Shown here: positions 47,295 to 60,217 of the stretch, piece after piece
Numbering within the stretch: position 1 is the first letter of the stretch
Layout of the letters: every line of letters starts with the position of its first letter
NCBI GenBank assembly: GCA_048013815.1
Contig: CM106585.1
Location: 3,720,001-3,784,000, forward strand
Reading direction: 5' to 3'
DNA from: Setoptus koraiensis
Lineage: Eukaryota; Animalia; Arthropoda
Length of the DNA: 64,000 nucleotides
Notes under the pieces: model-generated
What the model saw: the letters and a program-made list of their open reading frames with translations, nothing else
The model's database searches: none
Told to the model about the DNA's origin: nothing
Translations under genes and position numbers: made by a program

Positions 47295-48388
47295 GGCCAA
47301 CGAGCAACCGGCAGCAGGTGATTAAGATCTAGCCAGTGTTCGGATTAACGTGTTGGCACTGTCAACGTGCACGTTGAGCGGCGGCACGTTGACGGCGGCG
47401 GCCCGAGAGGAAACAGGAAGGATGACGGGAGGTTACATCACAACGGCAGCAGTTGGCAACAACAGAGTTGAGCACACAGTTGACAACTGACCGGCACATG
47501 ACGCCAACAGTTGCACAGTTGTCGCCAAATGGCGCAACAGTCGTTGCGCGCCGGACACCACTCAACGGGCAGCTCACCTGGTGACAAACATGACGCAGTG
47601 GATGACGCGCGATGACCATCAACATTGATAGCGACAACGCTGCGAATGGTAATTAACGGTTGACGGTGAATATAGTGGCAGGCAAACGCACACACACAAG
47701 CCAGTTTGGCCACTGCAGTGGCCAAACTGACGCTGCAGCCAAACAAACACTGGTCAGTTGGGCGAACGCTGGCACTGGTCAAGGTGACAGCGGCACAGGG
47801 AGGAAGTGGCACCAGCGACGGCAGCGCCAACGCGGCCGACGCAAATAACGGCCACTATTAAACTGTTACAACTGTTATGACCATTACAACTATATAGCGA
47901 CTCATATTCACGACCAGCAACTGGCGCTCGTGAGCAACCTGTTTCCTGTTGGGCTCGTGCCGGGCCGGCAGCGTGCGTCCATTGCGGTTATGAGCGGCCG
48001 CTGTCTCACCTGGTTGCCACGACAACTGGCCGCTCTCGCTGCTCTTTGCTACTGCAATTAATTCAAAATTTCAAAATTCATCCCAACAGCGCCAGCGATG
48101 AATTAATGCGCGCCGCCGGCCAGACGGTCACGTCAGCCAACAATCTGGCAATTTATGCGGCAAGAGTTGTTGTTTGTTTGAATGTGTCCCATTAACTGGT
48201 ACACACGATGAGTGCACGATTTGCACGCGATTACGTGAAGCCGGCATGCAGATTCGACGCGGCAGCGACTTCCGCCCGGTCGCGCCAATCATCTAGCGCC
48301 CATAATGATACAATGAATCACGTCAGCATGGCCAATCATTGTATTGAACCAATTAATAAATAAATTCATTATTACATACTGCACTCAC

Positions 48389-50226
48389 CTGGTGTTGTCC
48401 AGCCGCGCGGTTCTCGCGCCAAATACAGACGCGGATCGTAGAAGATGGACGAGAGGGGCCCATTGCGTAACAGTTTAGTGCTTGCTGTTGTAAAATTGTT
48501 GCTGGCCACAGAGTGGCGCTGATGCCGGTTGGCCGGCAGTGCAGTTGCCAGCGGCGTCGCCAGGCAACTCAAACTGCTCGAGGCAGCGCGCCCCCCAACG
48601 CCAAGACCACTCGCAGCGCCCGTTGCAACCTGTTGCGTAATGTCGCCCCCAAAACCCCGCAAACAATTGGCCTTGTGAGGTGCGCACTCTTGCCAGCCAG
48701 CGGTCACCTGATTGTTGGTGTCTTGATGTTTGGCCTGGTCTGCAGCCCGCAACAGGTTGCTGGTGTCTGGGCAAACGACACAGTTGCCTGCCTGCGGGTA
48801 AGCGGGCCCGAGCTGCTGCTTCCGGTGCTCGCTTGTGCCCAATCCCCAGTAATAGTATTGCTTTGCCCGGCCGCGACATATCGCTTGGTCGGTGTCGGAC
48901 ATGGACTCGTCCGCGGAAACCAATGTCGCCTCGTGTTTATTGGCCGCGCTATATTTGAGCCGTGTCCAGTTCGCTGGTTGACCAGTGTGGCCCAACTGGT
49001 TGCTATTGCTTTGCTGCTGGTGCTGCCATCGGTCGGCCGCCCGCGAACACAGTGTTGTGGTGGCCAGAGAGCAAGAATTGAGCGAACTGGACGTGTCGTC
49101 TTCCATGTCTCTTGCTGCTGCTGCTGCGGCCGTTTGAGCCGCCGTTGTTGCTTGCCTAGCCGACGACGAGCTGCCCGGCAAAAACGACCCTGCTGCCACA
49201 CTATGGCGCGTATCATAATTACCATTTGCGTGCATATTTGCCGCAACTGCATATGTGTGTGCCATGTTGAGTGGCCGCTCCGCACTTCCGGTCCGCACCG
49301 ACTCAATCACCGTCGGCCTGTTGTTGTGTGGCGACACAACCGAGACCATCCTTGCATTGGCGCAACGATCTGCGCTTGTAATCAGCGGACAATGGTTGGT
49401 GAGCACGTTCGGCCAACCGGCCTGACTGGGGCACTTGTCCGTTACGGTGGCCATCTGAATATGGGGCCTGTAGTGACATACAACCATGGGTAGGAATTCC
49501 AGATAATCGCTGAATGAGCTCATGCTCAATTTGTCGTCTGCCGACTGTCTAATTACGCAAGTGACATCGCTGTTTGCCGAATGGGTCGCATTTCTGGGCG
49601 CATTGATGTAGCCAACTTGTTGACCGATCGGCTGCGCGCCGGCCGGACACACGAGGCCAGTTGTTGGGGCCAGTTGCGGTGCGCCACCGACAAGCGTCGC
49701 CGTATTAATATTGATGGCGGTTGCTTGCTGTTTGTTGCTGTTGTCGCTATTGTTGGCGGCGGGCGGAATCCGGAAATGAAGCTTGCCCACCAGTTGCTGG
49801 CAGGTTCTCTCCACCATGGACGATCGCTTTTGTTTTATCCTGTTCGTTGGCCTGTCGTCCGCCGCGGAGCCCCCATTGCTCGCCTGTTGCGTCTCGTGCT
49901 CGTGCACTGATTTATTTGCAGTGTCCGCGTCCGAGTCTCTAGTTGTGTCAATGTCGAGGCTTGTGTTGGCCGTAGTGTAGTTATTGGTCGTCTCGCTGTT
50001 GGTCGTGTCCACGATCCAAGAGGCCGACTGCATCTCACGCTTCTGGAAAATTCTCGCCCCCTTGCTCACCATAATTTGGGCCTGTTGTGGCTGCTGGGCA
50101 CCGCTGACCGGCTCCACTATTGGGGGCGATTTTAACTCAATGGCCGCTGTGTCAGTGTCGGTGTCACTTGGTTGCCGTTGTTGGGCGGCCCGCAAATCAT
50201 TCACGAGCCTCCTACAATCGTCGGGT
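48389..50226 (-). CDS. Exon 2 of the same gene
   Basis: 126-bp intron 50227-50352, acceptor ccacag|A, phase 2 gives HNVVSPDDCRRLVNDL. Contains SKGARIFQKREMQSASWIVD and EPRGW; donor CCAG|GTGAGT (or stop at 48372 if unspliced). Confidence 0.78.
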
Positions 50227-50352
50227 CTGTGGATAAAATTTTTTATAATAAATAATAAAGAAGACAGCGAATTCAGAGAAGAGAGTAGAGGTGAGTGATC
50301 TGCTTGACCCCAAACGACCTAGTTGGGGATCACTGATCAGTGAGTTACTTAC

Positions 50353-53300
50353 GATACAACGTTGTGCTCGTTGTATTCAACGTGGGGCGACAACTTCCGG
50401 AGACTGTCCAAATCTCGCCAGGTATTTGTGGAATCGAGGAAAGGCTTGAGTTTGGACCTCGTGGAGCTACACGAATTAGAGTTTTCCATTTGTGAATCAT
50501 CTGAATGCTCGACGCTGGTCTGCTGTTTCGTTTGCGACTCCTCTTCGTTGTCAACAATGGTCGCTCTTGTTGTCGTGACACTGTTGCGACTGGGCGTAAA
50601 TTGTCGCCTACGCACCTTTGGTGCCTCATATTCTGTGTCTGTCATTATGATGTCATCATTGTATTTCTTGTCGTTGCCATTCTCATTCTGGCTTGCATAA
50701 TCAAACGATGCTTTCCTCTTGTTGTGATTATCTCTACCGTTCGCTTGTCTGAATTGATCTCTTGTTTGGCCCGGTTGTCGACATTGTTGTTGTTGTTGTT
50801 GTTGTTGTTGCTGCTGCTGTTTGCATGGTGCAGCCCTGGCTATGCAATCATTTTCGCTGAGGCGCCTCTTAGAATTTCGCGGGCTCTCCATACTATCACT
50901 TGCATCGTTTGTTATTGTGTAATTGTTCATGCGTTCGTATCGCCTCTTGAACATTTCGCTAGCTCTGTTATTGTTCACCGCGATGGACAGTGAACGGATA
51001 TTTGACGTGGACGCCGACTGCCTCAATGGGGGCCTGAACATCTTGTGGCAAGTATTCACTTGGGGCTTGTTGTGTTCGACGGCCATAGACATCCGCTTTT
51101 CCGGTTCCACAAAATCGTCTAAGTTGCTTATGTTGGCGCTGGTTGGCCAACGGCGTTTGTCCAATTCACTATTGTTCTCATTGTTTGTTTGTTTGCTTTT
51201 ATCGCTGCTTGAAGTTTCAAGCAGCGATTCACTATCCACAGAAATGGCGGCCTTTAATTGATTGGAAATTTCGCGACATCTCTCCACTTGTTGCTCCAAT
51301 GTTGGAAATGAGCCACTATCGTCGCTATAATACATTGACGAAGCGTAGATTTTGCGCTTATTTTTGGACAATTTGCATTTTTTGTTGCTTGCGTCATCGG
51401 GCCCGTTCGCTGCTGCTTCCATTTCTGCTGCTGCCATTGGATTGTTCATATCAAACGAATTGTTCTTCAAGCTATCGGTTATATCACGTTCTGGACTCAG
51501 GGTCATTTTGGGACTGTAATAAACTGAGACGTTATCCTCATTGTCCACACTAACGCCACTTTTGAATGTTTCGAACGATTCTCTTCTGCCAATGTTGTTA
51601 CCATTAGTAGTGTTCGTATTTTGTTTGTTTCGCATCACTATTTGTTTTATTGCATCCGTTTTTATGCACTTGGCTAACATATCACAAAATTCAACAACTT
51701 TTGCCCTCAGCTCAGACAAATCGATGCCATCGCTTGTTTGTTTTGTCGGAAATAAACAATCAATTGATTGGTCTTGCTCCTCTGATTGGCTTCTGCTAAT
51801 GAGTGAGTGCTCGCTGCATCCAGACAATTTCCGTGTGTTTCCGATATTGTCATCACTCATGTTGCCCATTGGTTGGCTACTGTCTAGCCACTTGTTGCTA
51901 ATGTTGTTGTTGCTGCTGTTGTGATTTTCTCGCAATATTCCAATCTCCAATATGTCACCACCACTGTCCGCGAGATCAAACCAATCTGAAGAACTTTCGC
52001 TCTTGCGGCTACCGAGAAGATTCTTTCGGGGCTCTTGGTGTGTTTCAACCCGCTCAACGCTACACGAGGATCGAGTAGTCGCTACCGGGCCCGGCACTAT
52101 CTTATTGTTAACCTCTGTGGTCTCTGCTTCTAATGGGTCTCGTTCCTCGTTCGAGGCTTCTTTCTTGTGCTCGTCGATATTCGCCTCTCCGTACTCTGCA
52201 CTGGCCTCCTCTATCGAGCCTTCGCTGGCCTCTTCTATTGAGCCTTTGCTGGCCTCTTCGATCGAGCCTTCGCTGCCCTCCGACTGTCCCTCAGACGCCT
52301 CTTCCGGCTCGAGATCTTCTACCTCTTCTGCAGACGCTGCTTCGCCCGCAGACGCCTCTTCTTCTGCCGACAGTCGGCCCCTGAGTTCTTGCTCGTCGCT
52401 CACTTCGTCCTCACTAATATATTCTTCGTTGGAGGCTCTCGCTTCTTCCTCGCTTGAAGAAGCTTCTACGTCGTCGTCGTCCCCTCTTTCTTCTTCGTCG
52501 ACGCTAGAAATCTCTCCGCTGGACGCCTCTGATGTCTGGCCGCTGGAAGCTTCTCCCCTGTCAGTTGTATTGTCTCTCGTCCTCTCTGAAGACTCTCTCA
52601 CTTCATGCGCTTGATTATGTTCCGTATTTGACGTATCGATGCTATCTGATGTGGTGCTAGTGACTCTGTTGATATGTTTCGATTGTCTCTCGTTCAACGA
52701 TGTATTTTCAAGGTCGTCCAGCGACTTGTTTTCAATGCTCTCTCTGTTTGCGGGCGACTCCTCGCTATCGTGCCGATTGTCGTTAAATGATTCCTCTTCG
52801 TCTTCTAATTGATTATCACTAGAGGATTGCTCCTTGTGCCCTGAAACACTTTGGCTATGTTTGTCTGCGCTAGCTGGCCCAAAATTATCGTTGTCGTTAT
52901 TGATTGAATCTGTTGCTAGAAATGAATTTTCGTCGGCTCTACTGTGGCTGGATTGTAGATTATCTTGTTGTTGATCGTCACTACTTTCAAGCTCCTCTTG
53001 TCCAATATCCGTCAAGTCTTCTAACTCTCTACTGTCGAGTCGTTCCTTTTGGTAGCGATTGTCACAACAGCTGTCAATCTGTTGGCTCAATGCTTGATCA
53101 GGCAAATTGTCGGCCGAAATATCAACACCGCTGGCCCTCACTAATGGTGGCCTGCTACTGCTACCAAAGAATTTTTTTCTAGATTCTCTGTTTCGGTCGC
53201 TTCGGCCTTGCGAATGATTTCCGATGGAAGATTTTTGATTTCTCAAACGATTCCGACGCTCTCTTAGAATGTCCTCCAAACTCTTTTTGCCAGGTCTGTG

Positions 53301-54452
53301 ATCGTGCTCGTCGGGATCGCTCAGATACTCGGATTCGGGTCGATAGTCGTCTTCGTCAAAATCGTCGTCGTCACTGGTGATGTTGTCACTATTAACATTT
53401 CTATTATTGTCGTCACCAATTGAATTACCTTGCTGCCTAACTTCCACCGCCGCCTCCTCCTCCTCCTGTTGCTCACTGTTGTAATCAGCTTTCTCCCCTT
53501 CGACTGCTTCCTCGTCTTCTTCGTCTTCTTCGGCTTCTTCGGATTCTCCGGCTTCTTCGGCTTCGTCGGCTCCGTTGGCTTCTTCGGTTTCTTCAGGTTC
53601 TTCTACTTCTTCGGCTTCTTCACCTTCTTCGGTTTCTTCTGCTTGCTCGACCTCTTCGCTTGAATCTAGTTCGGATCCGCTCCGAACTCGCTCCTCGTTG
53701 CTTGGTTCTTCTTTTTTGCTTTGTTGGCTGCCGTTGCTGTTTTGATTTGAGTTCGAATGGGTGAACATAAATGTTTCTTCACTGCAATTGTTGATGTGTT
53801 TGCTCCTGGCTTGATGATGATGTTGCTGGCTACCGGAACTGCTGCCTAAGTTGCTCAAGACAGAGTGATCGCTACTACTATAGCCACTATTTAACTCTAT
53901 TGGAGTGTTTGTATGGTTTTGGCCGCTGTCTACGAACAAGGAGGGCCCAAAATCAAGATTGAGCACTGCAGCTAAACTATCTGTCAGTTCGGAATTTGGC
54001 GTAACGGCTATGAAAGAAACAGGTGAACTTTGTCTTGTGTGTGTGCTTTGTTGCTGAAAATAATAATTTTGCTCGTCCTCTTCTAAAATAACTGGACTAC
54101 CACAGTTGCTAGCTCTTTCGTTGGCTGGACTTTGTTGTTGTTGTTGTTGCTGTTCATTTAAATTATCGCTTTGTTCATTGTCCACTGATAACTCTATTGT
54201 TGGCGTATATGGCGACGGCGGGGGCGATATGAGTGTTGAAGATGACTCTTGATGCTGTTCACTGGGCGCCAATGTAGACAATGGCGATGGGTAGGCAGGG
54301 CAAGAATTGAAAAATAATCTCTTCTCTATATTCTCTTCTGATACTTCTTCTATTGATTGTTCGTCGTCGTCGAAAATCTCGTCGGAAGTAGCTTCGTTTT
54401 CGTCGTCGTCGTCGTCGTCGTCGCCTAGTAGATGCTGATTGTCGTTGACCAT
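50353..54452 (-). CDS. Exon 1 (4100 nt) of a giant acidic, disordered protein with myozenin/synaptopodin-like motifs
   Basis: GCC-ATG-G start; E/D/S-rich with EEASEGSI repeats; motifs FPTLEQQVERCREISNQL and RASEMFKRRYERM; donor GTATC|GTAAGT. The family resemblance (Drosophila CG1674-like) is from memory and not verified. Confidence 0.85.
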
Positions 54453-56207
54453 GGCAAGCTTGCTACAATCAATGCGCTGTAGCTGGTATCAGCTCATCTG
54501 AATCTATCACTATTGAACTTGTATCTTCAACATTTGAGCGGATAGAATCCATTTAAATGATCTGATATTTGTTGGATCTGTGCCACTATCGTTTTATGCC
54601 CGATTTACGCCAACATGACAGCAGCGATTCTGGCTAGAAGCCTCAAATGCGAGCAACTAGAACGGGCATTTAGGGTACTTTTGGCTCTAGCGTCTCGTCG
54701 CAGTTGTTATGTAAACAATTTTGAAGTGCCGTCGCCATTGTTTTGTTTGTCTGCTCGTTTGTTCGTTTGTTTGTAGTATATATGTATATAGTATATATTG
54801 TAGGCACGAGCTGCTGACAGGCAACTCGGATCGGCAAACTATTTATCGTCATTCATTCGATTGCAGATTGTGGATTGGATATAGTGGGCTTGTTGAAATG
54901 TAGTGCCACTAGTCACTACGACATACAGTGATGTTATTACGTGTGCGAATGTGCGATATGCGAATAGATATATGAATTCTTTTAGACTATAATAATTCTC
55001 GCGAACAAGCTAGCACCTATGGCGCATACAATGGCGTCTATACAAATTACACCGCCAGTCGCGACATGAACACACAAGCCAGTTAGCCTGCAATTGATAT
55101 AATTGTTGTTATTACCATTGCGATGCTCAAGCAATCACTGTCGCATTTATGAAGCCACCGAGAAGCCATAGAGGCAAACATAGATGGTAGAGCCAAACCA
55201 AGTGGTAGATGTAGTTGCGCAACGCCAGTTAATTCTTTGATTGTCTCAATTCGCTCAATCAATGTACAGATAGTTGTAAATTCCTGAGAACACATGCTAC
55301 TAGTGCCAGCAGTGGAGGTCCGTTACAGCAATTGTAATCGGCTGTAAGATGACGTCGCTACACGAAGACCACGATTCTATCTGCTTGTTATACTACCGTG
55401 CGAACATACTAGAATTATACAGATGCGAAATGGCTCCCTCCAAACATTAAATTAAATGTCTGTATTCTCAACAGACGACGAGACACATTCATTGCAGCTA
55501 CAACTAGTGCCGACAATCAATTGTTACGTACAAACATTCCAATCTCAGCCAGCTCGTCGAGTTTGTTGGCCAACACACACACGGCCGTCTTTTATCCGCC
55601 TATCCATATCCCTTCTGTCGAGCGGTCGCGATGCTCGTTATGCTCACTATATATACATACACGTATATATACATGCTCGTCAACACCCCATGCCTGCCTA
55701 GACAGATATTCAATGTTTAGAGACAAGCTAAAAAACTAACCACACATAACAACGACTGCTTAATTGTAACTCACACTAACTAACACAACAAACAAATTCC
55801 ACATTTCATGTAGCAGTCATCCATTGCAACGCCAACATGGTATTGTTTTGTGAATTTAATTCAATTCAATTAAACTTTCTCGTTTCATCTCTTTATACGG
55901 CTCAAACTACAATTGTAACATATCCGACGAGCTGATTCTGGTGGGTGATCTTGACAAAGCCAGCCACGAAAAAGCTAATTGAGACAGAGCTCATGGAGGC
56001 CACAGTGCGAAAATAGGAGATGAGCAGCACTGCCAACATGTGGGGCCTCAAATGATTTCCACGGCGATTCCAACGAATGATTGAATTGCTTTTTATGTAA
56101 CTCTTTCGTGAATGAGCTCATCAGCTGTCAACCATAAAGCAACGTTTCTGGTCATGCGGCGACTGAGATGCCCACAGATTCGGGCCCCATAAGTATGTTC
56201 GGACGAG

Positions 56208-56263
56208 TCAAATGCCATCTCCCTCAAGTAAACACTTACAAGTTTGAGGGAGATGACATTTGA
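56208..56263. other. 20-bp-stem hairpin upstream of PARL
   Basis: TCAAATGCCATCTCCCTCAA (56208-56227) pairs with 56244-56263 with one mismatch. Confidence 0.55.
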
Positions 56264-56647
56264 AAGTGGCGCTGATGCAGACTGATAAGCACGCCACCTG
56301 TAAACACTAAAAATACTGATTAAACTCGTGGTCTCGATCAGCTGTTATTTACACCGAAAAGAGGTTCTTCTCTATCATTTCTTTTTCTCCATTTTCTTTT
56401 TCAAATTGAAGCTCCAAAGTTCAGATTTATAGATGATAAAAACTAAACGATGCAACCGTCACACTTGCTGCAGATAGTTTCGATTGCATCATTTTCAAGT
56501 CAACAAATAAGTGACACCTTGACCTCTCCACATCAGCTGAAGTGATTGTAGCTGACTGATAAGAGGTGAGACAATTTGTCAGTTTTCCATTGTATTTGCA
56601 TACTGACGAACATAAATTATAATACATTAACCCACTTGCAGCCCAAA

Positions 56648-58158
56648 ATGTCGTCAGCCATCAGACTATTTTTACAAGCCGGCAACTGCTCGTTATTGCT
56701 GAGAAATCACATTAAACCCATATGTTTTGTCAGGCAACAAAACCTGAGGCACCTACTCAGGGCACCCAAGTATGGCCCCACCAATGCAAAAAGGAATACA
56801 TCAATACATCAACCACCAAGTAATCCTTTAGCTGCCTTGAGACCACTCATTAAACCTTTGCTTTTCACTGTTACGGTAGGTCGATGCCTGAGAAAATCAT
56901 AGAACGTAAGGATGACTTGTCTCTTGGATTCAACTATTTCTTAATTTGCCCATGTCCATCTATATTAATGAAAAACCACAGTTCACAGGAACCTGTTATG
57001 CCGGCGCAACTATTGCTAGCTACGAAAACAACAAACCGAAACGCTGGTTTCCGTTGGAAAAGTCGGTCTTTTATTCACAGAAAGCAGGACAATTCAGAGA
57101 CACATTGAACAAATGGAATAATTCATTAAGTCTGAGAGACAAAGTTGTCCTCTCAATTATCGTTATCAATGCATTAGTATTTGTTTGCTGGCGTATCCTT
57201 CCTCAGTCCCAATCAATGGCCCGCCTTTTCATGAATTCTGTAGAGAATCTCAACGGACCCAGATCTCAAGGTAAGACACATATCCTACGGTCGATTGATA
57301 GATTATATCCATTGTAATGGCGAGGCATTAAAATATTCTTCTCCCGTTGATATCCAGCCAAAATCAGATGTTTACCATTGCTGTTGTCAGGATTTAGTCA
57401 TATTTCTCTTCTACACTTGAGTTTGAACATGTACGCTTTCAACTCATTCTCCGGGGATGTCAGCTTTAAATTGGGGCCTGAACACTTTCTGGGACTATTT
57501 TTAAGTGCCTGTAAGCTAAAATTAATTGAACATATCCTAGTCCTGAGCGAGCCTGTTATGATTAGTTTATAACTGTATTTTCGTCATCTTCATAAAAACT
57601 TCCTACACTGTTCTAGGTGTTTTCTCATCATTTGTCAGCTCAGCGTACAAACTGGCAGTAAAATCACAGATTCCGTCCATAGGTGCAGTAAGTATCTGGG
57701 CACTTCAATTGATCGTTACTCGAGCGACATTATCAATCATTTTCTAATAATTTTTTCTTGTCATGTCGCTAAAATAGTCAGGTGGTTTGATGGCAATGGT
57801 ATATTACTCCGCGATCACTAGTCCTGAGAGTCAATTAGGAATAATTGGCTTACCGAGCAATCAGTTCAGTTTCAATGCATTGACAGGTGTCCAATGTTTG
57901 TTCATATTTGACGCGATCGGATTATTGTTAAGATGGAAAGTGTTGGACCATGCGGCCCACTTAGGGGGAGCTATATTTGGAATGTAGGTATCCAATTACT
58001 CATCGGTTCTCTCTTCTGCACTGTAAGATTACTTTCTTTGACTAATATCCTTATCGTTTTAAAATAACAGTCTACAAGCATATTACGGGCACCATTTGGC
58101 CGTCAGATTTCGCGGCGACATTCTTGATGTTTGGTCCAAGTTTAGGAAGTCTGAATAA
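56648..58158 (+). CDS. PARL: Mitochondrial rhomboid protease PARL/rhomboid-7; join 56648-56875, 56982-57270, 57358-57510, 57617-57687, 57778-57983, 58071-58158 (~344 aa)
   Basis: FSHISLLHLSLNMY, catalytic GA|SG split by an intron, DHAAHLGG catalytic His, basic transit-peptide-like N-terminus. Five GT-AG introns of 87-106 bp with consistent phases. Confidence 0.93.
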
Positions 58159-58414
58159 ATATAAAACTGTCAGATGACTGTATTCATCTTGGAACTTGTT
58201 TGAAAAAACTAATATGACACGTGTTCACAGACTCAACTTCTTATCCGAGAACATTTTTAGGAGATCGAATGGATGACTGGAGAAAAAGTTAGTCAGAGTA
58301 ATTCCCATTCACATAGTCGTCCTCTCGCGCATCATCTGTTCTCTTCCGAATGCTTCCTAATTGATAGTGTCTATAATCCTCGATCAATAATCGTGATCTA
58401 TATACTTGAAAATT

Positions 58415-60217
58415 TCATTTTGAAGGCACTTTCTCAAATGCAGGCTGCAAGTCTGTTGGTAGTGTATCTATTAGTTTGTTCAGCTTATCTTTGAGTTGAA
58501 CTACATTTTCGTCAGTTAAACCTAGGTTTTGACTGTTCATTTGCAACAATTTTTCTCGCAGAAAAATTATCATGTCAACAACTTCAACCTCTCCTTTCGA
58601 TTCCATGTCTATTTCCATGATGGACCTCAAATGTAACTGCCTCAAGTTTCTGTCTATCTCGATTTTTCTGTCTTGGTACCATGTGGAAAAATTGGGGCAA
58701 TTGTAGAATTTTTTATACAATCCTATCCAGTCGCCTTTGATACCAGTTGTTAGTTGAGGTCCACTAATGTCCAACGTGCTTAGAAATGCATCTAAATCGA
58801 ACTCTGGCAATTCAGGCGGCGTCCTGAAGGGGGTTATTTTCTTGTGTAGTGGCATAAGCTGAGCCAGGTACCTCTCTAGAGGCATGAAGAAGCTATGTGT
58901 CATTTCAACTAACCAACGTCTGATCAATGTTGTTTGAACATTCGCCGGTCTATCACTATAACCTTGGTTACTTTTGAGAATATTGGTCAGAAAGTTTCGG
59001 TCTTTCAGTAAGAATGGCTTTACCTTGGTGTTCAAGCCAGGTTTATTGATGTCGGTCACACTCATTATCCAAGACTGGCCATTATTGAATTTTAACTTGT
59101 CAGCAATTGTATTCTTTGGCGGAAGTAACAGTTGTTCCGATGATTTACTAGTCTTTATACTAGTCAGACGTACAACGCTAGGCCAATGCTCTAGTGACTT
59201 AGCGAAAAAAGGATTAGTAACTCCTAGGATAACATTTGGCGTTGATTGTTTTTTGCCAACGTACTCGCGGAACTCAAAATCATGAATCGTGAAAAAAGGG
59301 CGGAAATCGGCACTGTATTTGAATGGCCAAATTAAACTCACTAGTCCTTGGACAAATTCGGAGCATACGTCGGGTGTTTGAGCCATAACTATTAAAGGTT
59401 CACAAGTTAATATCATTTCCCATAATAGTTGCAGATCTGAGATCACAGATTGAAAACAATTGTGCAAATTTAAATCAAATGCAGTTAGGTTGGTATGAGG
59501 CACAGTTGGTGCTCGTCGAGCAAACAGAGAATTGCCGGGTAGCTTGTTAGTGTTTTTGGATGAGTTTGGATGGAAATTGTTGAGTTTGTCATCTCTATTT
59601 GGTATGTAGAATGAAACAGTGGATCCCACTAGACTTAAATTGAGTGTTGTGCCTGCTTGTAGTGGTGGCCATCTGAGTATTTGTTTATAGATGTTCTCTA
59701 AATCCATTAGGTGCTCGTTTTCGAAATAATCGATTCCAACAATAGATACAATGTGATAAAAAAGCTTAACAAACGGCAGTCGCGATAGCATAACAAGCGA
59801 TTTCTGGAAGTATCCACGACGTTGACTAGCATCCTTTTTTTGTAAGAAATGAACATATCCATAGATAAAGTTGTCATCGACATGAATGGCAGGCGCGGAG
59901 TTAATGTTGAATTGTTCATAGATGTCACTGAGACAGGGTTCAATCGGTTGAATCTTTGTCCTAAAATGAAATTGTGTCTCGCCCATAATAGACGAGTTTG
60001 AGTCGGGAAAGGCCGAGTAACAAATGTTACTCTTTTCTTTTTCGCTAAGCTGGGCATCTCTAGGGTACAAAGATTCTATAGCCTGTCCCAGTTCAATATC
60101 AAACGTAACAACGCATACGGCATGAATCCACGGCGATGATTCATTGGTCCTTGATGGTGATGGCGAATCTTGAGATTTGTGACCATTTGATGAGAATTTT
60201 GTCGATTCATCTTCCAT
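58415..60217 (-). CDS. DENND6: DENN domain protein 6 (FAM116 family, Rab GEF), 600 aa, intronless
   Basis: WIHAVCVVTFDIELGQAIESLYP, YSAFPDSNS..MGETQFHFR, RRGYFQKSLV, DFRPFFTIHD, ILGVTNPFF and GIKGDWIGLYKKF are typical DENND6 motifs. Confidence 0.95.
   Translation of the reverse strand: MEDESTKFSSNGHKSQDSPSPSRTNESSPWIHAVCVVTFDIELGQAIESLYPRDAQLSEKEKSNICYSAFPDSNSSIMGETQFHFRTKIQPIEPCLSDIYEQFNINSAPAIHVDDNFIYGYVHFLQKKDASQRRGYFQKSLVMLSRLPFVKLFYHIVSIVGIDYFENEHLMDLENIYKQILRWPPLQAGTTLNLSLVGSTVSFYIPNRDDKLNNFHPNSSKNTNKLPGNSLFARRAPTVPHTNLTAFDLNLHNCFQSVISDLQLLWEMILTCEPLIVMAQTPDVCSEFVQGLVSLIWPFKYSADFRPFFTIHDFEFREYVGKKQSTPNVILGVTNPFFAKSLEHWPSVVRLTSIKTSKSSEQLLLPPKNTIADKLKFNNGQSWIMSVTDINKPGLNTKVKPFLLKDRNFLTNILKSNQGYSDRPANVQTTLIRRWLVEMTHSFFMPLERYLAQLMPLHKKITPFRTPPELPEFDLDAFLSTLDISGPQLTTGIKGDWIGLYKKFYNCPNFSTWYQDRKIEIDRNLRQLHLRSIMEIDMESKGEVEVVDMIIFLREKLLQMNSQNLGLTDENVVQLKDKLNKLIDTLPTDLQPAFEKVPSK

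Noticed and set aside
7680-47850. Dozens of 60-280-aa ORFs in the track (e.g. 10744-11589, 27933-28658, 34869-35624, 35371-36045, 44395-45120)
   Set aside because: They lie in Pax introns or the intergenic region, often start at TTG/GTG, are translations of simple repeats or stop-poor GC-rich DNA, and show no domain motifs.
48513-49493. 326-aa plus-strand ORF antisense to exon 2 of the giant gene
   Set aside because: Typical antisense shadow of a GC-rich coding exon; no recognisable motif.
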